NCBI GenBank assembly: GCA_963790475.1
Contig: CAWBOS010000012.1
Location: 1,248,001-1,312,000 of the forward strand
Length of the DNA stretch: 64,000 nt
From: an uncultured delta proteobacterium
GTDB lineage: Bacteria; Desulfobacterota; RBG-13-43-22
Direction of reading: 5' to 3'
The position numbers were made by a program, and so were the translations under genes. Below are positions 10,088-20,371 of the stretch, piece by piece (the first letter of the stretch is position 1; each line of letters starts with the position of its first letter). The notes under the pieces were generated by a model. That model did no database searches and was not told the DNA's origin. It saw only the letters and a list, made by a program, of their open reading frames with translations.

Positions 10088-10909
10088 CTAAAACCCTCTG
10101 CCGGTTACCTCAGTATAACGTTTAAGAAAAGACTTAACCATATTTTCAGAAGAAAATTGTTGTTGGGTTCTTTGGGCACTGGGACTTTCTTCCCCGAAGA
10201 TCTGTTCTCTTATGGCGGATGTGTTCAGGCCTTTTTTATACAGGTCTTCAACTTTATTTCCTAAATCTTCCAGATGAGCGATAACCATATTCAGCTTTTC
10301 CCCGGGTTCAACTATGATATTACCCGGAGCCGGAAAAAGAATTCTGGGATTTAACTCACGAATGGTCTTGAGGTCTTCAAGGATTTGCCACTGGTCATCC
10401 ATGGGACGGCAAACCACCGGTCTGGTGCCGACAAAAAGGTCCCCGGAAAAGAGCAAGCCTTTTTGACGCTCAAACAAACAGACATGGTCGCGGTCATGTC
10501 CCGGCGTTGGGATGACTTCAAATAAGAACGTTTTGGTGCTGATGCTTTTACCCAGCGGTTTAACCTGGCTGGGAACAGGGTAGCCCCAGACCTCTTCCTG
10601 ATAAGGATAGAGATCGGCCGGTTTATTGATTTTGTCCACTGAAAGGGGGGGCGCGAAGATCTCGACCCCATAACGTTCCTGAAGGAATCGGTTGGCTGCT
10701 ATATGATCCTCATGAAAGTGGGTATTGACAACGATTCTAACCAGCTTATCATTTAGAAAATCAGTTAATTCTTCAGCCGTGTGGGCAGGGCCGCTATCGA
10801 TCAAAAGGCCGTCTACCAGATAGGCGGACACGGTTGCGGCGGGAATGAGTTCAGTATATCGGCAGAGTTTTATCTGCAGAACTTCTTCAAATTCCTGGGT
10901 GGCGATCAT
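10088..10909 (-). CDS. MBL-fold metallo-hydrolase
   Basis: LLIDSG, THFHEDH, TPGH, FSGD motifs. Confidence 0.9.
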   Translation of the reverse strand: MIATQEFEEVLQIKLCRYTELIPAATVSAYLVDGLLIDSGPAHTAEELTDFLNDKLVRIVVNTHFHEDHIAANRFLQERYGVEIFAPPLSVDKINKPADLYPYQEEVWGYPVPSQVKPLGKSISTKTFLFEVIPTPGHDRDHVCLFERQKGLLFSGDLFVGTRPVVCRPMDDQWQILEDLKTIRELNPRILFPAPGNIIVEPGEKLNMVIAHLEDLGNKVEDLYKKGLNTSAIREQIFGEESPSAQRTQQQFSSENMVKSFLKRYTEVTGRGF

Positions 10910-10934
10910 CAGGCTTGCCTTGATAAGATGGAAA

Positions 10935-11180
10935 TCAGCCGCCTCCCAAGACGGGAAGCAATAGGACCTGATCACTCTCATTTAAGATTGATTGAAAGGA
11001 GGCCTGTTTTTGATTAATCAGGACGACGACCTGCTCACTTTTTAGGAGTTGATTGTCAAATTGGATACCAAGGGAATTCAATAAGTCCGATACCGAGGCC
11101 CCATCGATCAAATCAACGGCTACTCGGTCCGTACCCACGATTTGACCCAAAAAAGAGAATAATTTAACGGTCACTTGCAT
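10935..11180 (-). CDS. MoaD/ThiS family sulfur carrier
   Basis: 81 aa, MQVTVKLF start, C-terminal PVLGGG. Confidence 0.85.
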   Translation of the reverse strand: MQVTVKLFSFLGQIVGTDRVAVDLIDGASVSDLLNSLGIQFDNQLLKSEQVVVLINQKQASFQSILNESDQVLLLPVLGGG

Positions 11181-11241
11181 CGTCTAATGCTCTTTCACCC
11201 GAATGGGGGAGAAAATATATTGTCGCAACCCTTACAAATCA

Positions 11242-11290
11242 AGGCAAAAGGGAATTGTTTGACATCCTGCCAATCAATTCCCCTTTGCCT
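11242..11290. terminator. Long intergenic hairpin, possible terminator
   Basis: aggcaaaagggaattg ... caattcccctttgcct inverted repeat. Confidence 0.5.
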
Positions 11291-11333
11291 CAAACAGATG
11301 GACTGCTATTCACCCCGATGAAGCTTTAACCTC

Positions 11334-11711
11334 TTATCTCCACCTTCCGTCCCGGTGATGTCTAGGGCCACGGTCATATCTGTGTCTATGGTCATATCTA
11401 TGCCCCCTGGGCCTGTCCCAGTGGCCGGGATATCTATGATGTCCTCGAGAATATCCGGGTACCCAAACCCATCCCGGATGGGGAGGTAGTCCTGGTACAA
11501 CAACAACCGGTGGTCCCGGGGGAAGGGGCGGCACCAGAACGGGCGGAGGTCCCGGGGGTAAAGGTGGATGGGGAGGTAACGGGATGGGCGGCCCGGCTAT
11601 CCCGTTACCTGCAAAGAGGAGAGAAAAAGCCCCTATCGACATTAATATACCCAGGGTTCTGAACCACCCTGCCAACAAGCCTTTCTTCCTGTTTTTTAAA
11701 ACTGATTTCAT
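11334..11711 (-). CDS. Secreted proline-rich protein (YXWGXW-repeat-like)
   Basis: Signal-like hydrophobic segment, poly-Pro region, PPHPGWVWVPGY...YPGHW, His/Arg-rich tail; RBS GGAGG. Confidence 0.65.
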   Translation of the reverse strand: MKSVLKNRKKGLLAGWFRTLGILMSIGAFSLLFAGNGIAGPPIPLPPHPPLPPGPPPVLVPPLPPGPPVVVVPGLPPHPGWVWVPGYSRGHHRYPGHWDRPRGHRYDHRHRYDRGPRHHRDGRWR

Positions 11712-11727
11712 AAGCGCCTCCTGATGA

Positions 11728-13590
11728 TTACCCGTGAAGATCTTTGATCACATCATCCATGCCACCCAGGGCTTCGAGGGATTGCCGACTTGGTTTTCCG
11801 GTTTCTGAATCCCAGTCCATGGCGGCAAAAAAGTTTTTTGCCAAAGCCTGGTGATCGATCGTGACACCCGCGACAGGACCTTCAGTCTGAGCAGGTTCAC
11901 CGACCAACCTTTTAGGCAGCGCAACCTCGGATGGTTTTTGACCTTCCCTAAGGTTGAAGACATGTCTCATGTTAAAAATTCGAATCCCGGTTTCCTTCAA
12001 AAAAGTATCATTAACATCCCAGCCGGTCACGGCCGCCAACATTTTTGGAGCCAAGTCACGAACACCAAGAAACCCGCTGAATAGACAGATCCCGGTGGCA
12101 TTGAGGATCTCCATGCGGCCGGTCATGGTGACATCCGTGGGGCCGGTGTTAATGCTGAAATCGTACTTGTTGGGCCGGCCGGCCTGTCCTTGCCACATCC
12201 CGCCCTTCACATGACGGGCAGGAGTGGGATCAATTTGATAGGTTCGGGCGTAACCCGGGGTGAGCCTGGAATCATGCATGGGTAATTCAATCCCTTTCAC
12301 GGTCTGCAGGTATTCAAAACCCTTGCCTAACTTTTCAGCAGCCGCCGCGGAACCCAGAGCGAGTATCTTGCCCAGACCGGTCTGTTCGGCTATGGCTTGG
12401 GTCATGGCCACAATGGCCTTGGCATTACCCCAGGTCAGTTCGATACCGCCGGTCTCTTGTTTATTAAAAGTCCCGTTCTCAAAGCATTCGATCGCCCAGG
12501 CCACGGTTGCACCCACCGAGATGGTGTCCAGGCCATAGCGGTTGCAAATATCATTACATTTTATGATCGATTCCACATTGTCATTCAAGCACAAAGTGCC
12601 AAAGGCTCCCGAGGTCTCATATTCGGGACGGTAGGTCTCCTTGAGGGGCCAGGGGCCGTCTTTGACTTCATAATCGGCTCCGCATCCCACAATGCAATTG
12701 GCGCAGGCATATTTTTTGGTTCTGAACTTCTTGTCCATATTGGCCGCGTCCAGTTTATGAGCCTTTTCTTCTCCGAAGTCGACAATACCGATGCCTCCCC
12801 AATTTTTTACCGGCGTATCCCCGGAAAGGGCATTGGCCCCGGTTCCCATCCCCGTCCCTAATTGAGCAAAGACTTGGGCAATTGAGGCCATGGGGCCTTC
12901 TTTCATGGCGGTTTGTAAAGATTGGTTGATCTCTTTCAATTTTTCCGGATCGGCTACCGGAATCGGTCCCGTTCCCCGGACTACGACGGCTTTTAGTTTT
13001 TTTGAACCCATGACCGCCCCGAGACCGCCACGACCGGCGGCCCGGTGATAGTCGTTCATGACGCAGGCCATCAGGGACAGCTTTTCTCCCGAAGGCCCGA
13101 TGAGGGCGGCGCGAAGCATCTTGTCGCCGATTTCTTCCACCAGGGCTTCATGAGTCTCGACGGCGTCTTTGCCCCACAACTTGGAGCCATCCCGGATCTC
13201 AGCCTTCCCATCCTTGATCCAGAGATAGACCGGTTTATCCGAGGCCCCGGAGACAAACACCGCATCGAATCCGGCTTTTTTAAGTTCCGGAGCAAAAAAG
13301 CCGCCGGAGTTGGCATCATTCCACCCGCCGGTGACCGGTGATTTGCAGACAACGGTGTATCGAGCCCCCAAAAAGGCGCCGGTTCCGTTCAACGGCCCGG
13401 TCACAAATCCAATGACATTATCCGGTCCTAATGGGTCAACCCCTGGTTTCATCAGGTCATAGAGAACCCGGGCTCCGATTCCATACCCACCGATAAATCG
13501 TTTGGCCATTTCCTCGGTGAGTTCCTTTTCTTCGATCTTTCCTTTGGTCAGATCCACAAAAAGCATTTTGCCGGCATATCCGCCTTTCAT
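11728..13590 (-). CDS. aor: Aldehyde:ferredoxin oxidoreductase family (tungsten pterin enzyme)
   Basis: GYAGKMLFVDL, KSPVTG, AAGRGGLGAVMGSKKLKA, CANCIVGC, PEYET, GLDTISVG. Confidence 0.93.
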   Translation of the reverse strand: MKGGYAGKMLFVDLTKGKIEEKELTEEMAKRFIGGYGIGARVLYDLMKPGVDPLGPDNVIGFVTGPLNGTGAFLGARYTVVCKSPVTGGWNDANSGGFFAPELKKAGFDAVFVSGASDKPVYLWIKDGKAEIRDGSKLWGKDAVETHEALVEEIGDKMLRAALIGPSGEKLSLMACVMNDYHRAAGRGGLGAVMGSKKLKAVVVRGTGPIPVADPEKLKEINQSLQTAMKEGPMASIAQVFAQLGTGMGTGANALSGDTPVKNWGGIGIVDFGEEKAHKLDAANMDKKFRTKKYACANCIVGCGADYEVKDGPWPLKETYRPEYETSGAFGTLCLNDNVESIIKCNDICNRYGLDTISVGATVAWAIECFENGTFNKQETGGIELTWGNAKAIVAMTQAIAEQTGLGKILALGSAAAAEKLGKGFEYLQTVKGIELPMHDSRLTPGYARTYQIDPTPARHVKGGMWQGQAGRPNKYDFSINTGPTDVTMTGRMEILNATGICLFSGFLGVRDLAPKMLAAVTGWDVNDTFLKETGIRIFNMRHVFNLREGQKPSEVALPKRLVGEPAQTEGPVAGVTIDHQALAKNFFAAMDWDSETGKPSRQSLEALGGMDDVIKDLHG

Positions 13591-14008
13591 ATCAATCCCT
13601 CCTCCAAAATTTTTACCTTCCTTGGGCTTTAGTTAAATGCCGCTGATATTCTTTCTATCAATAAGCAGATGGTAAATTATTCCCGATTTTCCGTCAACAA
13701 GATAAATCGTCAAATAAAGAGATCAGGGGATCAAGGGAGTTCCAAATCATGGGAATAGGCAGGGCCAATGAAAGGCAAGGCATCGGACGGCCATAGGAAA
13801 GAAGCATTTAAGAAGAATAGGCCTTAACCGGTTTGGAGGCATCTAAAAGGCAGGAGGCCTCGACCGATGGTTTTGGCTGGATGGTTTTGGAATAGGTTGA
13901 GGGTTTTAAAGATTTTCATAAATGTTGAGTTAGGGCAAAATCATCCCCCCTGTCGTTGGGGTAGTCAGGACAAGCCTGTTTTGGGGCTCGGTGAGCATCA
14001 AATTGACT

Positions 14009-14455
14009 TCAACCTTTTACCAGAAGAACCGGACATTTCACATTCCTTACCACCTTTTCCGCCACACTTCCGATAAGATGACCTAATAAGCCTGTCTTGC
14101 CGTGGGAGGCAATCACGATCAAATCTATCTTTTTTTCTTGTTGAGCTCTCAAAATTTCCTCGTAAGGGGTTCCTTTTCGGATATCGGCTATGATCTCAAT
14201 CGACTTTGAATCCGGAAATTTTGCCAGTTGTTCGGTAATCATCTTTTTGGCCGAAGAGACACTTTCATTCTCCACCTGATCAACCGTTTGCGGAGGAAGG
14301 CAATAATCGACCGTGCACTGTATGACTATTCCGATGACATGTAGCAGATAGATCTTACTCTTGAATTGTCTGGCGATATCTATCGCCTGTTGCAGGGCCT
14401 TGTCCGAATGCTCGGAAAAATCCGTTGGCACTAAAATACTTTTGGGGGAAAACAT
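14009..14455 (-). CDS. Universal stress protein
   Basis: ILVPTDFS...DLIVIASHGKTG...GSVAEKVVRNVKCPVLLV. Confidence 0.93.
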   Translation of the reverse strand: MFSPKSILVPTDFSEHSDKALQQAIDIARQFKSKIYLLHVIGIVIQCTVDYCLPPQTVDQVENESVSSAKKMITEQLAKFPDSKSIEIIADIRKGTPYEEILRAQQEKKIDLIVIASHGKTGLLGHLIGSVAEKVVRNVKCPVLLVKG

Positions 14456-14530
14456 GTCGGGCCTCCTTAAAAATTAATAATTTAATGGATTGCCTCTCTT
14501 TAATCGGATTTCATTTATTATTGGACCTTG

Positions 14531-14947
14531 TTAATCACTTAACATTTTTCTTAATACCCCTTTTACCTCATTGATATCACTGTCGTGGTAGCTCAAGAAA
14601 CGAGGTCGCAAGTTGTGCCCTCTGGCAATCATTTGGCTTCCTCTTTCCGGAAGGATAAGTATTATGGGTATATCGTTTAATAGAAGTTTTTGCGATATCA
14701 AAGTATCAAGATCCTCCTGGCTATAGATAAAAAGGATTAAAACGGGCTTTTGAGCCAGCGGTTTTTGGAGTTTTGTTAACAGGCTCTCCATATCCCTATA
14801 AATTTTAACTTTTTTTCTCGGGATCCATGCCTCTAACGATTTTATCAGATCATTTTCCGAGTTGCTGACTTGGGTCGAAAAGAGAAGGATGTTTGTTTTT
14901 GATCGTAATCCCTTTCCCCCATTATTATTGATATCTGTAGTTTTCAT
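14531..14947 (-). CDS. Hypothetical protein (degenerate receiver-like fold)
   Basis: ORF with DIPIILILP and HNLRPRFLSY. Start moved to ATG 14947 because the ORF-track start overlaps a sigma54 promoter. Confidence 0.6.
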   Translation of the reverse strand: MKTTDINNNGGKGLRSKTNILLFSTQVSNSENDLIKSLEAWIPRKKVKIYRDMESLLTKLQKPLAQKPVLILFIYSQEDLDTLISQKLLLNDIPIILILPERGSQMIARGHNLRPRFLSYHDSDINEVKGVLRKMLSD

Positions 14948-14967
14948 GATGTCTATTAAACGGTTAA

Positions 14968-14982
14968 GCAAGATGGATACCA
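14968..14982 (-). promoter_or_regulatory. Sigma54 (-24/-12) promoter
   Basis: Minus strand TGGTAT-CCATC-TTGC, matching TGGCAC-N5-TTGC. Confidence 0.75.
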
Positions 14983-15090
14983 AGAAATGGTCTTGAGAGA
15001 AAAATATGAATATATTTAACGATTATTATAAGTTATAGCTAAAAGGAAAGGGATTGATTAAGACACAAATGAAGACGGTTTTCTCTTTCG

Positions 15091-15126
15091 GTAAGACAAC
15101 GTATCATTTAAAAAGATAAAGTCTTG
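15091..15126. promoter_or_regulatory. Putative upstream activator sequence, copy 1
   Basis: gtAAGACAacgtaTCaTTtAAAAAGATaaaGTCTTG; aligns without gaps to 18381-18416. Confidence 0.6.
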
Positions 15127-15330
15127 GAGGATGTTATGAGACGAACATTCCGGTTGGCTGTTTCTGAAAGATGTTTGGGTGTAGGAGGTAAGATTCTTCC
15201 TCAATAAGGCATCTCGGCTCTGACGATGACTGACCTAAAAGCAGTATTCGAAGCAGTGGGCTACACATCATTTATTGTCAACCGCTTCCAGGTCTGACGG
15301 TTGAATGGGAAGGGAAGGACTGGGATGGGC

Positions 15331-16452
15331 CTAAATTAAGCCCTTTTTTTTAAGTTCTTCAAAGAGGATCCGGCCTTTATCGAGGCCTCTAAAAATTGCA
15401 GCCGAGGTGATAGTCGCTGAGGTAACAGCGTCAACCCGGGAGTTGAAAGAGAAAGGGTTATAAATATATCTACCGATAATTCTTCGGCGAATCTTGGCTA
15501 CATCGGCCTCATCCCAATTCAGATTTCCATATTTAGTCAATTGAAGCGGGACAAATTGAAGGATCTTTCCTTTGGTATCGAAGGTGTATATAAAATGGGT
15601 ATTATGGCAAACATCACAGGTTGGGAGTTGGCTGACCACTTCGGCAAAAAGGCGACTCCTTTGCCCGTCTTTTTCAATTATTCCGGTATAGATGACTCGT
15701 CCTTGCTTAAGGAGAATCCTTTCCAAGCCGGTTAACTCTCCTCCTGTCTGGGTAAAAGCCTCTTTGATCCTGGTTTGAAGCTCTTCTTCACTGTAAATGG
15801 GTTTGACCGTCAAAACTTTACCTTTGATTTCTTCTCCTTTTTTTCGAATAGTTTTCAGATCGACATTTATCAGCGTGGTCATTTGCTGTAAAATCTCTTC
15901 ATAATGTTGGGTGAAACCCAAGTGGGTACCGGCCACTAAGACGACTTTTCCTTTCTCTTCCCGTCTGACGATAATTGAGAAGGGGGTTGGGCTTCCTCCA
16001 ATAGCCTCGTGCATGACATATTTAGGATCAGGAATTATTGGATAAGGCACCTGGAAATGATCCCGAAAAATTTTGACCTCTTGATCATTATTCCCCGCAG
16101 CAATCCCAACCATCTTAATTTTTTTCCTGATGTCGGGGTTTGATTGAATTCGGGCAAACAGGTCATTGTATACTGGAGCCAAGTTCTGGCAGCTGGCACA
16201 ATAAACATTCATAATTTCAACTAAGATAACTTTGGCCTTTATGTCTTTAATGGTAAAATTTTCTTTATCTGAAATCTGTAGATATCTCCTGTCGTTAGCA
16301 TCGCCAGGGGTTTTCAGGACAACATCCGGGAATAAATCGCCTTCTTTTGTTAAAGGGTTTCTTTGAGCCCGGATTTCGGTTACCAACCCGAAAACCCCCA
16401 TAGCTATTCCCAATCCTACCAAGATCGGAATAAAGGCGGATCTTTTTAGCAT
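15331..16452 (-). CDS. Exported TlpA/redoxin-domain protein with CxxCH and a C-terminal flavinylation motif
   Basis: N-terminal signal/TM segment; YCASC thioredoxin-like site and PTP; CDVCH; VDAVTSATITS. Confidence 0.75.
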   Translation of the reverse strand: MLKRSAFIPILVGLGIAMGVFGLVTEIRAQRNPLTKEGDLFPDVVLKTPGDANDRRYLQISDKENFTIKDIKAKVILVEIMNVYCASCQNLAPVYNDLFARIQSNPDIRKKIKMVGIAAGNNDQEVKIFRDHFQVPYPIIPDPKYVMHEAIGGSPTPFSIIVRREEKGKVVLVAGTHLGFTQHYEEILQQMTTLINVDLKTIRKKGEEIKGKVLTVKPIYSEEELQTRIKEAFTQTGGELTGLERILLKQGRVIYTGIIEKDGQRSRLFAEVVSQLPTCDVCHNTHFIYTFDTKGKILQFVPLQLTKYGNLNWDEADVAKIRRRIIGRYIYNPFSFNSRVDAVTSATITSAAIFRGLDKGRILFEELKKKGLI

Positions 16453-16459
16453 GATCGTT

Positions 16460-17503
16460 TTATCCTTCCGCCGTCCTGACAGTTTTCGGCCACTGCAACG
16501 AATGGACTTTATTGCTTTCACGGGTTATGAGCATGGAGGCAAGACGCTCATCCCGGTTGATGAAAGCCCTGCCTTCCTCCGGACTCAATATCATAAGCGA
16601 GGTGGCCAAGGCGTCCGCTTCTTCGGCTGAGGGGGCCATAACTGTAGCACTAACGGACCAGGGCGGTGATACCCCGCTTTGAGGAGAAAGGATGTGGTGG
16701 TGAATCTTTTCCTGGTCAAAATAAACCATATAGCTTCCGGATGTAGCCACCGCGCCTTCTACTAAGGAAATTATTTCCTGAGATTTCACTCCATCAGTGG
16801 GGTCATAAACAGCAATTCGCCAAGGCAGCCCCCCAGAACGCCCCCCGATCACCCTCAGGTCGCCACCCGCATCTACCAGGGCGTGTCGAATCCCCTTTTT
16901 TTGGAGAAAGGTAACAGTCTTATCCACAATAGTTCCTTTGGCTATTCCATCAAGGGTAATCCCCATCCCTTCCTGACAAAAGGTAATTTTTTTGGGACCA
17001 ACCTCCACTCTTGAGGCACCTACGCGTCCCAAGGCAGCCCGGATGGATGCGGTTGTGGGAAGACCCCCCGATTCCTTTTCAGATTCAGCCTCATAAAGGT
17101 CCAAAACGGGCTTGATAGTAATGTCAAAGGCCCCGCGGGTCCGTAAGTGGATCATCATCGAACGCCGAAGTTCTTTAATCAACTCTGGGGGAGGATCATT
17201 GATGAAGCCTCGTTCGTTTAGGTAACTTACTGGCGAACTATCTACATGGCGATTGAATATTTGAATCAGATTTTCCATCCGATCAAAGGCCTCGCCGAGA
17301 ACAGCCTGGGCCTGTTCACGAGAAGGATGAAAAAGGGTAATGGTAACAAAGGTACCCATAAGATTTCTTGTTTCGGAGACGTGAACCAGGGTTGAAGAAA
17401 AACGAGTATATTCCAGAGGCTTTGCCCAGCCCTTGACCGCCCAGCCGGCAGATAGGATACCCAGGCTTTGAAGGAAGGCTCGTCTATCTATAAAGGATAT
17501 CAT
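16460..17503 (-). CDS. apbE: FAD:protein FMN transferase, Tat-exported
   Basis: DRRAFL twin-arginine signal; MGTF, GAFDITI, LDGIAKG, DAGGD, ATSGSY, HHILSP, ADALAT. Confidence 0.93.
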   Translation of the reverse strand: MISFIDRRAFLQSLGILSAGWAVKGWAKPLEYTRFSSTLVHVSETRNLMGTFVTITLFHPSREQAQAVLGEAFDRMENLIQIFNRHVDSSPVSYLNERGFINDPPPELIKELRRSMMIHLRTRGAFDITIKPVLDLYEAESEKESGGLPTTASIRAALGRVGASRVEVGPKKITFCQEGMGITLDGIAKGTIVDKTVTFLQKKGIRHALVDAGGDLRVIGGRSGGLPWRIAVYDPTDGVKSQEIISLVEGAVATSGSYMVYFDQEKIHHHILSPQSGVSPPWSVSATVMAPSAEEADALATSLMILSPEEGRAFINRDERLASMLITRESNKVHSLQWPKTVRTAEG

Positions 17504-17686
17504 ATTTGATCTCCCCGAGGAGGGTGAAATGGTATGCCAATAAGATTAAAATAGTGATGGGGTGCTACTTGGAATTGGATAAAATCTTTGAATAGATCAA
17601 CAACAGGGTTATAAGAAATAAGAGGCGACTGAAGAATCAGCCGCCTCTTATAATCTAAATGGTTAGGGATCGGCGTATTCCTTTTC

Positions 17687-18103
17687 TTAGGCACCGCCGG
17701 GACCGGGAACACCCATCTTCAATTCATTCATCATTTGTTTTTCGGCTGCTTCACTCCAAACGACTTTTCCACCGATCTTCAACGTGTTTACCTTCATGGA
17801 TTTGTACTTTGGATTTACATCCCCAGTTGCTTCCACGACCTCCAGGGCATGCCTTGCTTTGAGGCCTAAGCTGATATTCGTCAGGAAATAATAATCGCCA
17901 CTCGCCGTTACCACCACGAAATCTTTTTCCAGATTGATCATGGGATCGGCTTTATCGATCGGGCAAATATACCCCTGAATCAGGCAAGTAAGACCAGTAA
18001 CCTTGCCCGTGATGGTCATCATTTCAGCATTGGCCAAAACAGGCAGTAACAACAACGCCAAAACGCCCAGGATAAAACAATACTTTCTGGCTTTATTCAT
18101 CAT
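17687..18103 (-). CDS. Secreted hypothetical protein
   Basis: RBS GGAGGTG; signal peptide ending ANA; CLIQGYIC cysteine pair. Confidence 0.75.
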   Translation of the reverse strand: MMNKARKYCFILGVLALLLLPVLANAEMMTITGKVTGLTCLIQGYICPIDKADPMINLEKDFVVVTASGDYYFLTNISLGLKARHALEVVEATGDVNPKYKSMKVNTLKIGGKVVWSEAAEKQMMNELKMGVPGPGGA

Positions 18104-18257
18104 TTTTCACCTCCCTTCTCTTAAGTAACTCCGCTCCACAAAATGCGGGCGATAAAAGTATTTAGATCCTTTCCTTGAGATACATCTCTGATTTAACCTG
18201 TTTTTTTGTAAAAAGCAAGAATTTTTTAACATTTTAATTATGTTATTTAAAAGTACC

Positions 18258-18272
18258 GCAAGAAGGATGCCA
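18258..18272 (-). promoter_or_regulatory. Sigma54 (-24/-12) promoter
   Basis: Minus strand TGGCAT-CCTTC-TTGC, upstream of the 18103 gene and directly downstream of an NtrC-family gene. Confidence 0.8.
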
Positions 18273-18380
18273 GAAGCCTATTTAAGGAGGATATAACTTA
18301 AATAATAAATGATTAAAGTTGGTTACATTAAAACGGAAAAAATCGAATATCCCGGGAAAGGGATATTTTTTTCTCGTTTC

Positions 18381-18416
18381 GCAAGACATTAGGTCCTTGA
18401 AAAAGATGACGTCTTG
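18381..18416. promoter_or_regulatory. Putative upstream activator sequence, copy 2
   Basis: gcAAGACAttaggTCcTTgAAAAAGATgacGTCTTG; same distance from its promoter as copy 1. Confidence 0.6.
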
Positions 18417-18460
18417 TCGGGTAATACTAAAAGTCGGAGAAAAGCAATTTCCAATGGTTC

Positions 18461-19861
18461 TTAAGTTAAAGAGAACTTTTTTAAAAGGGCATATAACCGG
18501 GGGCGTGAAAGGCCGGATATCCGGCAGGCTTCTTTGATATTGTGATCGGTATTTTCCATTAAATCTTTGAGATATTGTTTCTCCGCCTCGGCAACAGCGG
18601 TTTCTCTGAAATCTTTAAGGGTCCCCAGAGATAAAGCCTTTGATGGGATTTCTTTACTGGTCATTAGTGGTTCTGAACTCCGGCTCATTTCCGATTTTTT
18701 CAGCCGAATACGTATTTCAGCGGGGAGATGTTTGGGGAACAGAGTTGGTTCGTTAAAGGCAGCGGAAATGGATCTTTCTGTGGTGTTAATCAGTTCTCTG
18801 ACGTTCCCGGGCCAGGGATAGGCCATAAATGCTTCCTGATATTCCTTGGAGCATCCTTTTATTCCAATACCGTACCGTTCACATAGTATGGTCAGGTAGT
18901 AACTCAATAAATCCTTGATATCTTCGGTACGCTCCCTCAAAGGGGGTAAATCGATAGTTAGTGTGCAGATACGAAACAATAGATCCTCGCGAAATTGACC
19001 GCTTTCCACCATCCGATTAAGGTTCTTATTGGTGGCTGAAATCAGCCGGAAGTCACTTTTAACCTCCCGTTCACCACCTAGCGGACGAAAACGATGTTCC
19101 TGCAAGACCCTCAGGAAGTTTTTCTGGAGAGGAACAGGAAGCTCTCCCACCTCGTCCAGAAAAAGTGTCCCCCCATCGGCCTGTTTGATAAGACCCTCTC
19201 TCGGTTTATCTGCTCCGGTAAAGGCCCCTTTTTCGTGACCGAACAAGACGCTCTCGACCAAGGTCTGGGGCAGGGAAGCGCAGTCTACCACGACAAAACT
19301 TTTATCGGATCGACGGCTGTTATTATGGATAGCCAAGGCGAAAAGCTCTTTCCCGGTGCCGGTTTCACCGCCAATGAGGACATTGGCTTCGTTTTGGGCC
19401 GCCTGAGCGATAAGATTTTGGCTGGCTCGCATCTGTGGACTGTTTCCGATCATTCCTTCCAGCTTTAAGTTTACCAGAGGTTGCTTGTATTTTTTCTCAG
19501 CCCTATACTCAAGAGCACGAAGCAGGGGAAGCTGCATTTCCTTTAATGAAGAAGCTTTTTGTATGAAATCCCAGGCCCCGTTTTTAATCGCCAGTTCAGC
19601 TCCGTTCAAATCCCCAAATCCGGTGATGATAATTATTTCCGGAGAGGAGGCCACTTCCCGAATCTTAGGTAGGATCTCCAGGCCGTTTCCATCAGGGAGC
19701 TTTATGTCCAGGAAAACCACATCAAATGACCCGGATGAGGTCGATTCCAAACCGTCTTTAAGGTTAAACATCCTGGTGGCTTCATAACCGAGCCGCTCCA
19801 CCATGTTGGAAAGCATCTCGGAGAAAATCTCGTCGTCGTCTATGATAAGAATTTGGACCAT
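18461..19861 (-). CDS. NtrC/AtoC-family sigma54-dependent response regulator
   Basis: Receiver (IIDDD, FLDIKLPD), GETGTGKE, GAFTGA, LFLDEV, WPGNVREL, C-terminal Fis-like HTH. Confidence 0.95.
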   Translation of the reverse strand: MVQILIIDDDEIFSEMLSNMVERLGYEATRMFNLKDGLESTSSGSFDVVFLDIKLPDGNGLEILPKIREVASSPEIIIITGFGDLNGAELAIKNGAWDFIQKASSLKEMQLPLLRALEYRAEKKYKQPLVNLKLEGMIGNSPQMRASQNLIAQAAQNEANVLIGGETGTGKELFALAIHNNSRRSDKSFVVVDCASLPQTLVESVLFGHEKGAFTGADKPREGLIKQADGGTLFLDEVGELPVPLQKNFLRVLQEHRFRPLGGEREVKSDFRLISATNKNLNRMVESGQFREDLLFRICTLTIDLPPLRERTEDIKDLLSYYLTILCERYGIGIKGCSKEYQEAFMAYPWPGNVRELINTTERSISAAFNEPTLFPKHLPAEIRIRLKKSEMSRSSEPLMTSKEIPSKALSLGTLKDFRETAVAEAEKQYLKDLMENTDHNIKEACRISGLSRPRLYALLKKFSLT

Positions 19862-20371
19862 TACCGGCTCTCTCTTTGGTTTCGGTCTTTGGCTTGATCC
19901 AGTACCCGGCGGATCAGTTCGGCAAAATTTTCTTTTTCCATGGGTTTGGGATAAAACCCTAACGCTCCGGCCCTTTAATTTTTTTCATGGGGACCCGGCT
20001 CGTCTAAATCGGAACACAGGATGATGGGAATATTAGGCCTTATCAGGAGCATTTTTTTGTCCAGCTCAAGTCTCTCATAATTAGCATAGTATAGTCTATA
20101 GTCGGAGACAACAAAATTAAAATTTATTGGGTTTATTTCGAAACTTGTCCAATGCTTCAGGATTGCTAAACATAATTGGGATTCAAGGGGGCGCAGGCAG
20201 CAGGGATTATGAGTAAGGAAATTGAGCCAATGGGCTGAAGGGCAAAAAGGGAAAGGATTTTACTTCTCTTCGATTTTTGTTATAATGGAAGAAAATCATG
20301 AAAATCAGTTTTCGAGAAATAGGCCTGAAACAGATAACAGATAATCCTTCCAGGCTGACCAAATAGAATTT

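Noticed and set aside
14948-14983. N-terminal extension of the 14531 ORF
   Set aside because: It overlaps the sigma54 -24/-12 element, so it is unlikely to be translated.
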